Origin: Macrostomum hystrix
Lineage: Eukaryota; Animalia; Platyhelminthes
Direction of reading: 5' to 3'
Length of the DNA: 64,000 bases
Assembly: GCA_950097015.1 (NCBI GenBank)
Contig: CATNEN010000037.1
Span: 1,054,001 to 1,118,000 of the forward strand
In this document: in pieces, positions 13,601 to 24,069 of the stretch
Layout of the letters: the number at the start of each line of letters is the position of its first letter
How positions within the stretch are numbered: the stretch's first letter is position 1
The notes under the pieces: generated by a model
The model's input: only the letters and a program-made list of their open reading frames with translations
What the model was told of the DNA's origin: nothing
The model's database searches: none
Translations under genes and position numbers: made by a program

Positions 13601-16140
13601 TAGAATAATAGCTAGAATCGCAATTAGAATAACAGCTAGAATCGCAGCTAGAATAATAGCTAGAATCGCAGCTAGAATAATGGTAAGAATCGCAGCTAGA
13701 AAAAAAGCTAGAATCGCAGCTAGAATAATAGCTAGAATCGCAATTAGAATAACAGCTAGAATCGCAGCTAGAATAATAGCTAGAATCGCAGCTAGAATAA
13801 TAGCTAGAATCGCAGCTAGAATAATAGCTAGAATCACAGCTAGAAAAATAGCTAGAATCGCAGCTAGAATAACAGGTAGAATCACAGCTAGAATAATAGC
13901 TAGAATCGCAGCTAGAATAGCAGGTAGAATCGCAGCTAGAATAACAGGTAGAATCGCAGCTAGAAAAATGGCTAGAGTCGCAGGTAGAATAATAGCTAGA
14001 ATCGCAGCTAGAATAAAAGCTAGAATCGCAGCTAGAATAATAGCTAGAATCACAGCTAGAAAAATAGCTAGAATCGCAGCTAGAATAATGGTTAGAATTG
14101 CAGCTAGAATAATAGCTAGAATCGCAGCTACAATAATAGCTAGAATCGCAGCTAGAATAACAGCTAGAATCGCAGCTAGAATAATGGCTAGAATCACAGC
14201 TAGAATAATGGCTAGAATCGCAGCTAGAATAATGGCTAGAATCACAGCTAGAATAATGGCTAGAATCACAGCTAGAATAATGGCTAGAATCGCAGCTAGA
14301 ATAATGGCTAGAATCGCAGCTAGAATAATAGCTAGAATCGCAGCTAGAATAATAGCTAGAATCACAGCTAGAAAAATAGCTAGAATCGCAGCTAGAATAA
14401 CAGGTAGAATCACAGCTAGAATAATAGCTAGAATCGCAGCTAGAATAGCAGGTAGAATCGCAGCTAGAATAACAGGTAGAATCGCAGCTAGAAAAATGGC
14501 TAGAATCGCAGCTAGAATAATAGCTAGAATCGCAGCTAGAATAATAGCTAGAATCGCAATTAGAATAACAGCTAGAATCGCAGCTAGAATAATAGCTAGA
14601 ATCGCAGCTAGAATAATGGTAAGAATCGCAGCTAGAATAATAGCTAGAATCGCAGCTAGAATAATAGCTAGAATCGCAATTAGAATAACAGCTAGAATCG
14701 CAGCTAGAATAATAGCTAGAATCGCAGCTAGAATAATAGCTAGAATCGCAGCTAGAATAATAGCTAGAATCACAGCTAGAAAAATAGCTAGAATCGCAGC
14801 TAGAATAACAGGTAGAATCACAGCTAGAATAATAGCTAGAATCGCAGCTAGAATAGCAGGTAGAATCGCAGCTAGAATAACAGGTAGAATCGCAGCTAGA
14901 AAAATGGCTAGAGTCGCAGGTAGAATAATAGCTAGAATCGCAATTAGAATAACAGCTAGAATCGCAGCTAGAATAACAGCTAGAATCGCAGCTAGAATAA
15001 TAGCTAGAATCGCAGCTAGAATAATGGTAAGAATCGCAGCTAGAATAATAGCTAGAATCGCAGCTAGAATAATAGCTAGAATCGCAATTAGAATAACAGC
15101 TAGAATCGCAGCTAGAATAATAGCTAGAATCGCAGCTAGAATAATAGCTAGAATCGCAGCTAGAATAATAGCTAGAATCACAGCTAGAAAAATAGCTAGA
15201 ATCGCAGCTAGAATAACAGGTAGAATCACAGCTAGAATAATAGCTAGAATCGCAGCTAGAATAACAGGTAGAATCACAGCTAGAATAATGGCTAGAATCG
15301 CAGCTAGAATAGCAGGTAGAATCGCAGCTAGAATAATAGCTAGAATCGCAGCTAGAATAATGGTTAGAATTGCAGCTAGAATAATAGCTAGAATCGCAGC
15401 TACAATAATAGCTAGAATCGCAGCTAGAATGACAGCTAGAATCGCAGCTAGAATAATGGCTAGAATCACAGCTAGAATAATGGCTAGAATCGCAGCTAGA
15501 ATAATGGCTAGAATCACAGCTAGAATAATGGCTAGAATCACAGCTAGAATAATGGCTAGAATCGCAGCTAGAATAATGGCTAGAATCGCAGCTAGAATAA
15601 TGGCTAGAATCACAGCTAGAAAAATGGCTAGAATCACAGCTAGAATAATGGTTAGAATTGCAGCTAGAATAATAGCTAGAATCGCAGCTAGAATAATAGC
15701 TAGAATCGCAGCTAGAATAATAGCTAGAATCGCAGCTAGAATAACAGGTAGAATCGCAGCTAGAATAACAGGTAGAATCGCAGCTAGAAAAATGGCTAGA
15801 GTCGCAGGTAGAATAATAGCTAGAATCGCAGCTAGAATAATGGCTAGAATCACAGCTAGAATAATGGCTAGAATCGCAGCTAGAATAATAGCTAGAATCG
15901 CAGCTAGAAAAATGGCTAGAATCGCAGCTAGAATAATAGCTAGAATCGCAGCTAGAATAATGGTAAGAATCGCAGCTAGAATAATAGCTAGAATCGCAGC
16001 TAGAATAATAGCTAGAATCGCAATTAGAATAACAGCTAGAATCGCAGCTAGAATAATAGCTAGAATCGCAGCTAGAATAACAGGTAGAATCACAGCTAGA
16101 ATAATAGCTAGAATCGCAGCTAGAATAATAGCTAGCCGAA
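7630..16140. repeat. 8.5-kb satellite, 12-bp unit GCTAGAAT-NNNN (24-bp dimer GCTAGAATCGCA GCTAGAATAATA)
   Basis: About 700 units; degenerate units at the left edge; source of the 2829-aa and 2846-aa ORFs. Confidence 0.97.
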
Positions 16141-16835
16141 TAGCGATGCCGGAATCACAGAAATAACTTTAGATAAGACTTCAGAAATAAACCTTTGCTT
16201 CTTAATTGCTATAGGCAGCCCAAAAAATACTGAAAGCAGTGTCACACCATTTAAGTTTTAAACATTAATTAGGACAAACGTATCTGAGTAAGCGCATGTA
16301 GGTAATCGTCTCGATATTAACATAAAAAGGTAATTTTCAGCTCTTAAGGTCTTCCCGGGGCGTCTTAACAAATATTTTTAGAGCTGTTACCATAAGCTTA
16401 TCAAACAGTGTTTTTAATGAATTAGAAAGTGATTAATTTTAGTGGCAACTTATTAACTAGGCGGTTTAAATTTATCAAGCAGGAGCGAAGTGTTCATTTT
16501 GGTAGGGACAAGTAGGGAAATAACCACTTTGCTGTCCACTATGTGCGTGTGTGCAAATAAACTTAGCGTTGAGTGAGGCAGAGAGGCATTGTACAATTTA
16601 TGGAATCATACAAAATTGTTGATTGTGTCGTGTAAACACTGGCTTGGATCTGAACCGAAGCGTTTAACGGATTCTCATTTTCTACCTTTTCTACCTTGCG
16701 TAGCATTTTTCGCAATACAGTGACAACACGACTGCTTCTGCAACCAATGCTGCTACCATTGTGTCAGGCCAGGATATAGGATATGAAGCGATTGCACCAG
16801 GGTCGCACGGATACCAGTGTGATTTTCTGGAAGTA

Positions 16836-17648
16836 AGGTCAGGGAGATAAAAGGCAGAAATGTAAGGAATGTCAGGGAGATGTAGGGAATGTCAGGGAAT
16901 GTCAGGGAGATGTAGGGAATTTCAGGGAGATGTAGGGAATGTCAGTGAGATGTAGGGATTGGTAGTGATAGTCAGAGAGATGTAGGGATTGGTTGTGATA
17001 GTCAGGGAGATGTAGGGATTGGTAGTGATAGTCAGGGAGATGTAGGGATTGGTAGTGATAGTCAGGGAGATGTAGGGATTGGTAGTGGTAGTCAGGGAGA
17101 TGTAGGGATTGGTAGTGATAGTCAGGGAGATGTAGGGATTGGTAGTGATAGTCAGGGAGATGTAGGGATTGGTAGTGATAGTCAGGGAGATGTAGGGATT
17201 GGTAGTGATAGTCAGGGAGATGTAGGGATTGGTTGTGATAGTCAGGGAGATGTAGGGAATGGTAGTGATAGTCAGGGAGATGTAGGGATTGGTAGTGATA
17301 GTCAGGGAGATGTAGGGATTGGTAGTGATAGTCAGGGAGATGTAGGGATTGGTAGTGATAGTCAGGGAGATGTAGGGATTGGTAGTGATAGTCAGGGAGA
17401 TGTAGGGAATGGTAGTGATAGTCAGGGAGATGTAGGGATTGGTAGTGATAGTCAGGGAGATGTAGGGATTGGTAGTGATAGTCAGGGAGATGTAGGGATT
17501 GGTAGTGATAGTCAGGGAGATGTAGGGATTGGTAGTGATAGTCAGGGAGATGTAGGGATTGGTAGTGATAGTCAGGGAGATGTAGGGATTGGTAGTGATA
17601 GTCAGGGAGATGTAGGGATTGGTAGTGATAGTCAGGGAGAGGTAGGGA
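16836..17648. repeat. 30-bp minisatellite (GTCAGGGAGATGTAGGGATTGGTAGTGATA)
   Basis: About 24 near-identical copies preceded by shorter sub-units. Confidence 0.95.
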
Positions 17649-18087
17649 ATGTTATGTGTTAATATTATTAATGAATATTCTGAGCCATATAAGGTATGCG
17701 ATCGATTAGAAAAAGCAACACAGAAAGTCACTATGATGCAGAATTTTCAGGCCATGTCACTGTCATGAAACGATACCTTCAGCGAGTTGTCAATCAGAAA
17801 AAATCCTTGTCATGACATTTTGACAGTATTTCAAAGCCGACCTGTCAGTACCAAAAACTATAAAAAACGTTGCACTTCTATGTATGCATGACATTTGCAT
17901 ATCGTATTTTTTGCTTTAGTCGAGTTCGCGCTTAAAAAAATCAGAGGGGAGTTAAAAGATATGGTTAATGCACCTCTGCACTACTACTATAGACAAAGTT
18001 TGATAGTAGTATGTGACAGAAACTGTCTATGGATAGCGAAATACAGGGCAGCCGGAAGAATGGAAGCAAAGTAGAGATAGCTAGTAT

Positions 18088-18347
18088 CAGAGACTAGAAT
18101 GTGACAATTGGAGACTAGAATGTGACAATTGGAGACTAGAATGTGACAATTGGAGACTAGAATGTGACAATTGGAGACTAGAATGTGACAATTGGAGACT
18201 AGAATGTGAGACTTGGAGACTAGAATGTGAGAATTGGAGACTAGAATGTGACAATTGGAGACTAGAATGTGACAATTGGAGACTAGAATGTGACAATTGG
18301 AGACTAGAATGTGACAATTGGAGACTAGAATGTGACAATTGGAGACT
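18088..18347. repeat. 21-bp minisatellite (GAGACTAGAATGTGACAATTG)
   Basis: About 12 copies. Confidence 0.93.
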
Positions 18348-18384
18348 ACCGGTAGAAGGGGAAAATTGGAGAAAAGAAAGGAGG

Positions 18385-19160
18385 ACTAGAGACAAGAAGG
18401 GGAGAATAAAATACAAGAAGGGGAGAATTAGAGACTGAAGGGGAGAATTAGAGACAAGAAGGGGAGAATTAGAGACTGAAGGGGAGAATTAGAGACAAGA
18501 AGGGGAGAATTAGTGACAAGAAGGGGAGAATTAGAGACTGAAGGGGAGAATTAGAGACAAGAAGGGGAGAATTAGAGACTGAAGGGGAGAATTAGAGACG
18601 AGAAGCGGAGAATTAGTGACAAGAAGGGGAGAATTAGAGACTGAAGGGGAGAATTAGAGACGAGAAGCGGAGAATTAGTGACAAGAAGGGGAGAATTAGA
18701 GACTGAAGGGGAGAATTAGAGACAAGAAGGGGAGAATTAGAGACTGAAGGGGAGAATTAGAGACGAGAAGCGGAGAATTAGTGACAAGAAGGGGAGAATT
18801 AGAGACTGAAGGGGAGAATTAGAGACGAGAAGCGGAGAATTAGTGACAAGAAGGGGAGAATTAGAGACTGAAGGGGAGAATTAGAGACGAGAAGCGGAGA
18901 ATTAGAGACAAGAAGGGGAGAATTAGAGACTGAAGGGAAGAATTAGAGACGAGAAGGGGAGAACTAGGGATAAGAAGGGGAGAATTAGAGACAAGAAGGG
19001 GAGAACTAGGGATAAGAAGGGGAGAATTAGAGACAAGAAGGGGAGAATTAGAGACGAGAAGAGGAGAATTAGAGACAAGAAGGGGAGAATAGGAGACAAG
19101 AACGGGAGAATTGGAGACCAAAATGGTAAGAATCGGAGACAAGAAGGGGAGAATGGAGAC
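18385..19160. repeat. 20/21-bp purine-rich minisatellite (GAAGGGGAGAATTAGAGAC-AA/TG)
   Basis: About 37 variable copies. Confidence 0.92.
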
Positions 19161-19732
19161 AGGACACGGGAAAGGCAGAACGAGGAGGCAGGAATACAAA
19201 AAGAAATGACAAGGAATAAAAGAAAGGAAGGCTGTCATGAAAGAATTTCGCCCATGAGTTCAGCCTCATATTGTCAGACAATGATTCAAATCCCAAATAG
19301 GCGAAAATTGACCAGGAAAAGTAAAGGCAACACAGCCATATATTCCTAATTGCACATCTTTTAGCAAGCCTAACGAATCCCAAGCGAGTTCCCTTGCAAG
19401 TGCTTTGCTTTGATTTGCTCTCTCTGTTTCTATCTATAGGCCAGGGCCTCATTAAGAAGCAATTTGTGTCATTCTTTGTATTCAGTTTTTGTCTCTCTTT
19501 CTTTTGTTTAAAGTAAGAGAACTTTCCGATGCGGGCAAGTGGTGTGGGGCTGAGCAGCGATGCGAAAACACATTAATTCCCGGCCGATTCTGATTGGTTC
19601 CTGCCGTGGCATTTTTTTGTGTATCTCATCAGACTGCAGCCTCGAATTTAAGGTCGGACTGCCCCTGGCTCTCGGGTTTGCTTTCTATTTACAAAATAGT
19701 CTAGCTAGTCAAGATATATTGCCTCAGTTTCC

Positions 19733-19850
19733 ATGGCAACATCATCGGCTGGCAACTCCGACGGTGGGGCGGGAGACGATGACAGCACCCTGGTGTCAGC
19801 CTCCGAGCTGCAGATGCTGCACGAGACCTTCCAGTTGTTCGATAAAGACG
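19733..19850 (+). CDS. Calmodulin-like EF-hand protein, exon 1; join(19733-19850,19926-20005,20560-20943), 193 aa
   Basis: ATG at 19733; MATSSAGNSDGGAGDDDSTLVSASELQMLHETFQLFDKD; donor G|GTGCGC (phase 1). Confidence 0.85.
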
Positions 19851-19925
19851 GTGCGCGGGTTCTTATTTCGCTGTGTTTTTCTGCTGCGTACTTGCAATAT
19901 AATGATTGATGGATTGGTGTTTTAG

Positions 19926-20005
19926 GCGACGGTTGCATCACAACAGAGGAATTGGGAATCGTGTTGCGCTGCATTGGTCAGGCACCCAGTGCCGGTCAAT
20001 TAAAG
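19926..20005 (+). CDS. Calmodulin-like protein, exon 2
   Basis: Acceptor TTTTTAG after a 75-bp intron; completes EF1 loop DKDGDGCITTEE, then LGIVLRCIGQAPSAGQLK; donor AAG|GTATT (phase 0). Confidence 0.88.
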
Positions 20006-20189
20006 GTATTATTTGCATTTTTATGGCTTGCAGAAACTCACACAGGGGCTGCCGAGAGCCTTATCCCATTCCCACTTTATCTAAATGGCAAGTTGATTGA
20101 AAAAACTAGACTCTTTAAATATTGAAGTAGACTCTAAACTTTCGTGCTCAATGGCTATATTTAGATAAGGTAAGACCAGCAATTCACTC

Positions 20190-20490
20190 TGCAGCTACCT
20201 AACTCAATTCTACGCAATCTACTCAATTCCTAGCCACCTCACTCCGCAGCCACCTCACTCCGCAATAAATTCGTTCCGCATCCAACTCAGTCCGCAGTCA
20301 CCTTACTCGGCAGCCACCTCACTCTGGAGCCACTTCAGTCCGCAGCCACCTCACTCCACAGCCATCTCACTCCGCAGCCACTTCACTTCGCAGCCACCCC
20401 ATCTCGGGCCACCTTATTCCGCAGCCACCTCACTCCGCAGCCACCCAATTCCGGGCCACTTTATTCCGCAGCCACCTCACTCCGCAGTCA
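20190..20490 (+). repeat. 16-bp minisatellite (GCAGCCACCTCACTCC), left arm of an inverted pair
   Basis: Degenerate copies in intron 2 of the calmodulin-like gene. Confidence 0.88.
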
Positions 20491-20559
20491 TACTCGCTCT
20501 ATTTCTAATTTCTCAATTTCCGCTCTGCTTAGCAACAAAAGCTAATTTCACGCACGCAG

Positions 20560-20943
20560 GAGATGCTGTACCGCATTGACAAGGACGGCAACGGCACCAT
20601 CGAGCTTGAAGAGTTCATCGAGCTCATGAAATCCGAGAAGCGAATTGCCGCCGAGTTGTCCACCGATGACAAAGATAGCGCCGTCGAGGAAGACGAAATG
20701 ATGGCAACATTTCGCGTCTTCGACAAGGACAAGAACGGCTTCATCTCGGCCTCCGAGCTGAAGCACGTCCTCATGGGACTCGGCCATGAGTGCGATGACA
20801 CAGACGTTGAGGAGATGCTGAAGGAGGTCGACTCCAACGGGGACGGAGTTGTCGACTATGCCGAGTTCACCGCAATGCTCAACAATCCACCGGCGTCGCC
20901 AACGCGGTCGCAATTCAGCAGCATAGCTGAGGATCCTTCCTGA
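20560..20943 (+). CDS. Calmodulin-like protein, exon 3 (EF2-EF4)
   Basis: Branch-like GCTAAT and acceptor CACGCAG|GAG; loops DKDGNGTIELEE, DKDKNGFISASE, DSNGDGVVDYAE; TGA at 20941-20943. Confidence 0.92.
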   Translation, partial: EMLYRIDKDGNGTIELEEFIELMKSEKRIAAELSTDDKDSAVEEDEMMATFRVFDKDKNGFISASELKHVLMGLGHECDDTDVEEMLKEVDSNGDGVVDYAEFTAMLNNPPASPTRSQFSSIAEDPS

Positions 20944-21144
20944 CTGCGGCCGGGGTCGATGGACAATAGACAATGGCGATAGGAACTATCATGGCTTATC
21001 TTAACTGCATGGATTTTGATGAAAGTAGAGTTCGTGGATGTGCGAGCTAGTAGTAATGGGATACATCATCTTTGACACAAAATCGCTCTATCTTATAAAC
21101 TCCAAAATTCGCTATCAAAGAAAAGTGACTGCACAGGCTGCGGA

Positions 21145-21485
21145 GTGAGATGGATGGTGAGTGGGGTGGCTGCTGAGTGAGGTGGCTGCTGATTGAGGAG
21201 GCTGCGAAGTGGGTGGCGTCAAAGTGTTGTGCCTGCGGAGTGAGGTGGCTGCGGAGTGAGGTGGCTGCGGAGTGAGGTGGATGCGGAGTGAGGTGGCTGC
21301 GGAGTGAGGTGGCTGCGGAGTGAGGTGGCTGCGGAGTGAGGTGGCTGCGGAGTGAGGTGGCTGCGGAGTGAGGTGGCTGCGGAGTGAGGTGGCTGCGGAG
21401 TGAGGTGGCTGCTGATTGAGGTGACTGTGGAGTGAGGTGCCTGCTGAGTGAGTTGGTTGCGGAGTGAGGTGGCTGCAGAGTGACG
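21145..21485 (-). repeat. 16-bp minisatellite (GGAGTGAGGTGGCTGC), right arm, inverted relative to 20190-20490
   Basis: Its unit is the reverse complement of the left-arm unit. Confidence 0.9.
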
Positions 21486-22074
21486 TGTTTCTGAGTCGCT
21501 ATCTGGTCTTATCTAATAAAAATCCTAAATTTTATTTTTAGGTTTTACGGAAATTTTACGGTCGCCATTAGAGAATGTGACGTTAACATTGGAAACCTTA
21601 GAAAGCATGTTTAAGTTGATAAAATCTGCATGTACAATTTTGGCGCCTTCATTTTGAATTAGCATAATTTTCTGCTCTCACAATGTACGTAGCTGTTTTT
21701 TAAAGTCCTCATTGAGTCAATTATTCTCGAATTTTTTTACAAACGTCTGTCCTCCTCTCGCTTATGTTTCAAGATGACTAGCTAGTATTTTGCACGGGCC
21801 ATATACTAGAAGCTAGTGCATAATGATCCGTATGGTGCGTTTTTCAGGAATTTTCCATATTCCATTTTTCCATTTTCCATAAAACGTAAAACAGCTAACA
21901 GTCGGTTTTCTAATCGAAAATTTACAAGGAAAAATACACATTGCTAACTAATGCACCAATTGCACTGCTTACAGTAGTGTGTGCCGTATCATAAATTTTT
22001 AGATTTTTCTCTGCTTCCCTGTTGCTGTACTCTGCCGCGGAAATCTATAATCTAGTAGCTCACACTGCAGTTTA

Positions 22075-22349
22075 AATTGATGGGAGGTTGTAGCATGCAG
22101 AGTAGATTGATGGGAGGGTGTAGCATGCAGAGTAGATTGATGGGAGGGTGCAGAATGCAGAGTAGATTGATGGGAGGGTGCAGAATGCAGAGTAGATTGA
22201 TGGGAGGGTGCAGAATGCAGAGTAGATTGATGGGAGGGTGCAGAATGCAGAGTAGATTGATGGGAGGGTGTAGAATGCAGAGTAGATTGATGGGAGGGTG
22301 TAGCATGCAGAGTAGATTGATGGGAGGGTGCAGAATGCAGAGTAGATTG
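22075..22349. repeat. 30-bp minisatellite (AGAGTAGATTGATGGGAGGGTGCAGAATGC) interrupted by the LTR element; resumes at 24359-24395
   Basis: About 9 copies left of the element; the unit continues right of it. Confidence 0.93.
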
Positions 22350-22638
22350 TGTCAAGCCGTGCTCAGGAGTATAAGGCAAGACTGCCCGTAGGCTTGGTTT
22401 GGGTTAGTAGCGAATTTAGTTTATTAGTCACGATGTTTCACGATACACTTGCATATATATATAAGTAGACGAGTCAACAAGGCTTAAAAGTCAACAGGTG
22501 TTGAGTACATCAATAATCAATATTCAGGCTGCGTACATTGGGTCAGAGTGCGGTTGGCGCGCAGGCCTGCAGATCTACCACAGTTCACTTGCTTAACACA
22601 GTTCACGGTTCATTCACGGCTCAAACCCCGGCACGTCA
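22350..22638 (-). repeat. 3' LTR (289 bp)
   Basis: TG...CA termini; matches 24070-24358; adjacent to the PPT. Confidence 0.95.
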
Positions 22639-23514
22639 TCTCCCCCCTTCGAACCGCTCGGGCGGCACGCCCCGATTCGCACGGAGGTTGTAGCTCGGTC
22701 TCTGGGGAGTCGCGGCCGGTGACGGCACTCTGCCACTGGCCGCTGGCGGCGGATCTGCGGTCTCCCCTGGCGCGCTTGCCTGGGTCAAGGACGCAGGCAT
22801 GTTTTCATGTCGCGCTTCAGGCAAGTCGGCGGGTCTCGGAGCAACTTCGTGGCTGACTGCGGCTGTCGCAACGTCTCCATTGCCGCCGGCTTCGTGCCGA
22901 CGCAGTTGGTCTAGGTGGGCGAGCGTGACCCGGTCACCCTGTCGCATGATCAGCGCCGTGTTGGACCCTTTTTGCGCCAGGAACTCCGCCTTCTCCGGTG
23001 TGGCACTCGGCGTTGGAGCGTACCAGACCTCAGAGCGGATCGCTGTCTTCATGGTGATGGGGTTTCGCAGCTGCCTTCCCATTAGTTGCGCCGGGCTGAA
23101 CTCCCTTCCGGCGTGCGGTACACATCGGTAGTTCAGTAGGATCCGTGCCAGGAACGCGTCGTACGGCTCCTGCTGATCCCAGCCCGCCGAGGCCACCTTG
23201 ATTGTCTGCACCATTCGCTCGGCCAGGCCGTTGGACTGGGGATGATATGGTGGGGTTTTCACAGCGCGGCAGCCGATTCTGTGCAGCCAGCTCACCAACC
23301 CCTTATCATGGAACTCTGCAGCATTGTCACTCACCAGGGTTCTCGGCACTCCGTTGCGGGCGAAGACCTCCTGGAGGACCCGCCTGACGGTGGCGGCGCT
23401 CTTGTCGGGCACTCGGATAGCCTCCGGCCAGGCAGACATGGCGTCGACCAGGATCAGCAGGAGCCCGACCTTCGGAACGTGAGCGTGGTCCATGTGCATG
23501 TGTCCATGGTCCAT
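22636..23514 (-). CDS. Retroelement integrase (rve core, DDE), N-terminally truncated
   Basis: HMDHAH...LVDAMSAWPEA...VPRTLVSDNAAEF...PPYHPQSNGLAERMVQTIK; no HHCC zinc finger upstream. Confidence 0.88.
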   Translation of the reverse strand: MDHGHMHMDHAHVPKVGLLLILVDAMSAWPEAIRVPDKSAATVRRVLQEVFARNGVPRTLVSDNAAEFHDKGLVSWLHRIGCRAVKTPPYHPQSNGLAERMVQTIKVASAGWDQQEPYDAFLARILLNYRCVPHAGREFSPAQLMGRQLRNPITMKTAIRSEVWYAPTPSATPEKAEFLAQKGSNTALIMRQGDRVTLAHLDQLRRHEAGGNGDVATAAVSHEVAPRPADLPEARHENMPASLTQASAPGETADPPPAASGRVPSPAATPQRPSYNLRANRGVPPERFEGGR

Positions 23515-23745
23515 GTGTCCAGGTTGTCGAGGCCCAACAGCCCGTGTGACTTGTGTGCTGCAGTGACAACCAAGTCGACAGTGCGGAACTTGTCTTTATC
23601 ATTCCACGTTGCTGTGAACTCGCCCAGGGTCTTGATTATTGATCCATCAAATTGCCTCAGGATTCGCTTGGACTTCCTCAGCGCTGGACGCCCGAGCATC
23701 TCCCAGTGGCCCCTGGGAATGAGGCCGGCGCCGGCGGTAGTACGA
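23510..23745 (-). pseudogene. Aspartic protease fragment (catalytic Asp lost at the deletion junction)
   Basis: TAGAGLIPRGHWEMLGRPAL...LRQFDGSIIKTLG...LVV...GLLGLDNL matches the C-terminal half of Gypsy proteases. Confidence 0.7.
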
Positions 23746-24069
23746 TGCGAAGCCTTCGCTCGGATCCTGCCTGAGTGAGAGGAATTTCACCCTCTCGGCA
23801 ATGGTGAGGCGCCGCTTGGGCCGAATGGTTGCATCGATGATGTCGCGGATCTGTGCGAATGTTTTGGTCTCCAGGCTGTCTGGGGCAGCCATGAGGGTCA
23901 GGGTTCTCAGTGCCTTGAGGCCTGCCCTCGAGAGGAATAGATCAGTGATCTGGTGTTCCTCTTCCGAATCCTTCAGTTTCTTGGTCCGTGCAGCGGCCGC
24001 GAAACTGAGCAGCCAGGCTTCGGCTGTGTCTGGATCTTCCAGGTTTAGTTCAGATGCTTGCGATGCCAT
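23745..24069 (-). pseudogene. Gag N-terminal fragment (Mag-type)
   Basis: ATG at 24069; ...KTFAQIRDIIDATIRPKRRLTIAERVKFLSLRQDPSEGFASY resembles the Mag-clade gag motif IAERxKFxxRxQ; truncated by deletion. Confidence 0.75.

Noticed and set aside
7604-16166. 2829-aa (minus) and 2846-aa (plus) ORFs as protein-coding genes
   Set aside because: They are translations of a 12-bp satellite with no ATG start and no unique domains; kept only as a low-interest finding.
20529-20973. Minus-strand ORFs of 102 and 141 aa
   Set aside because: They are antisense shadows of the calmodulin-like exon 3.
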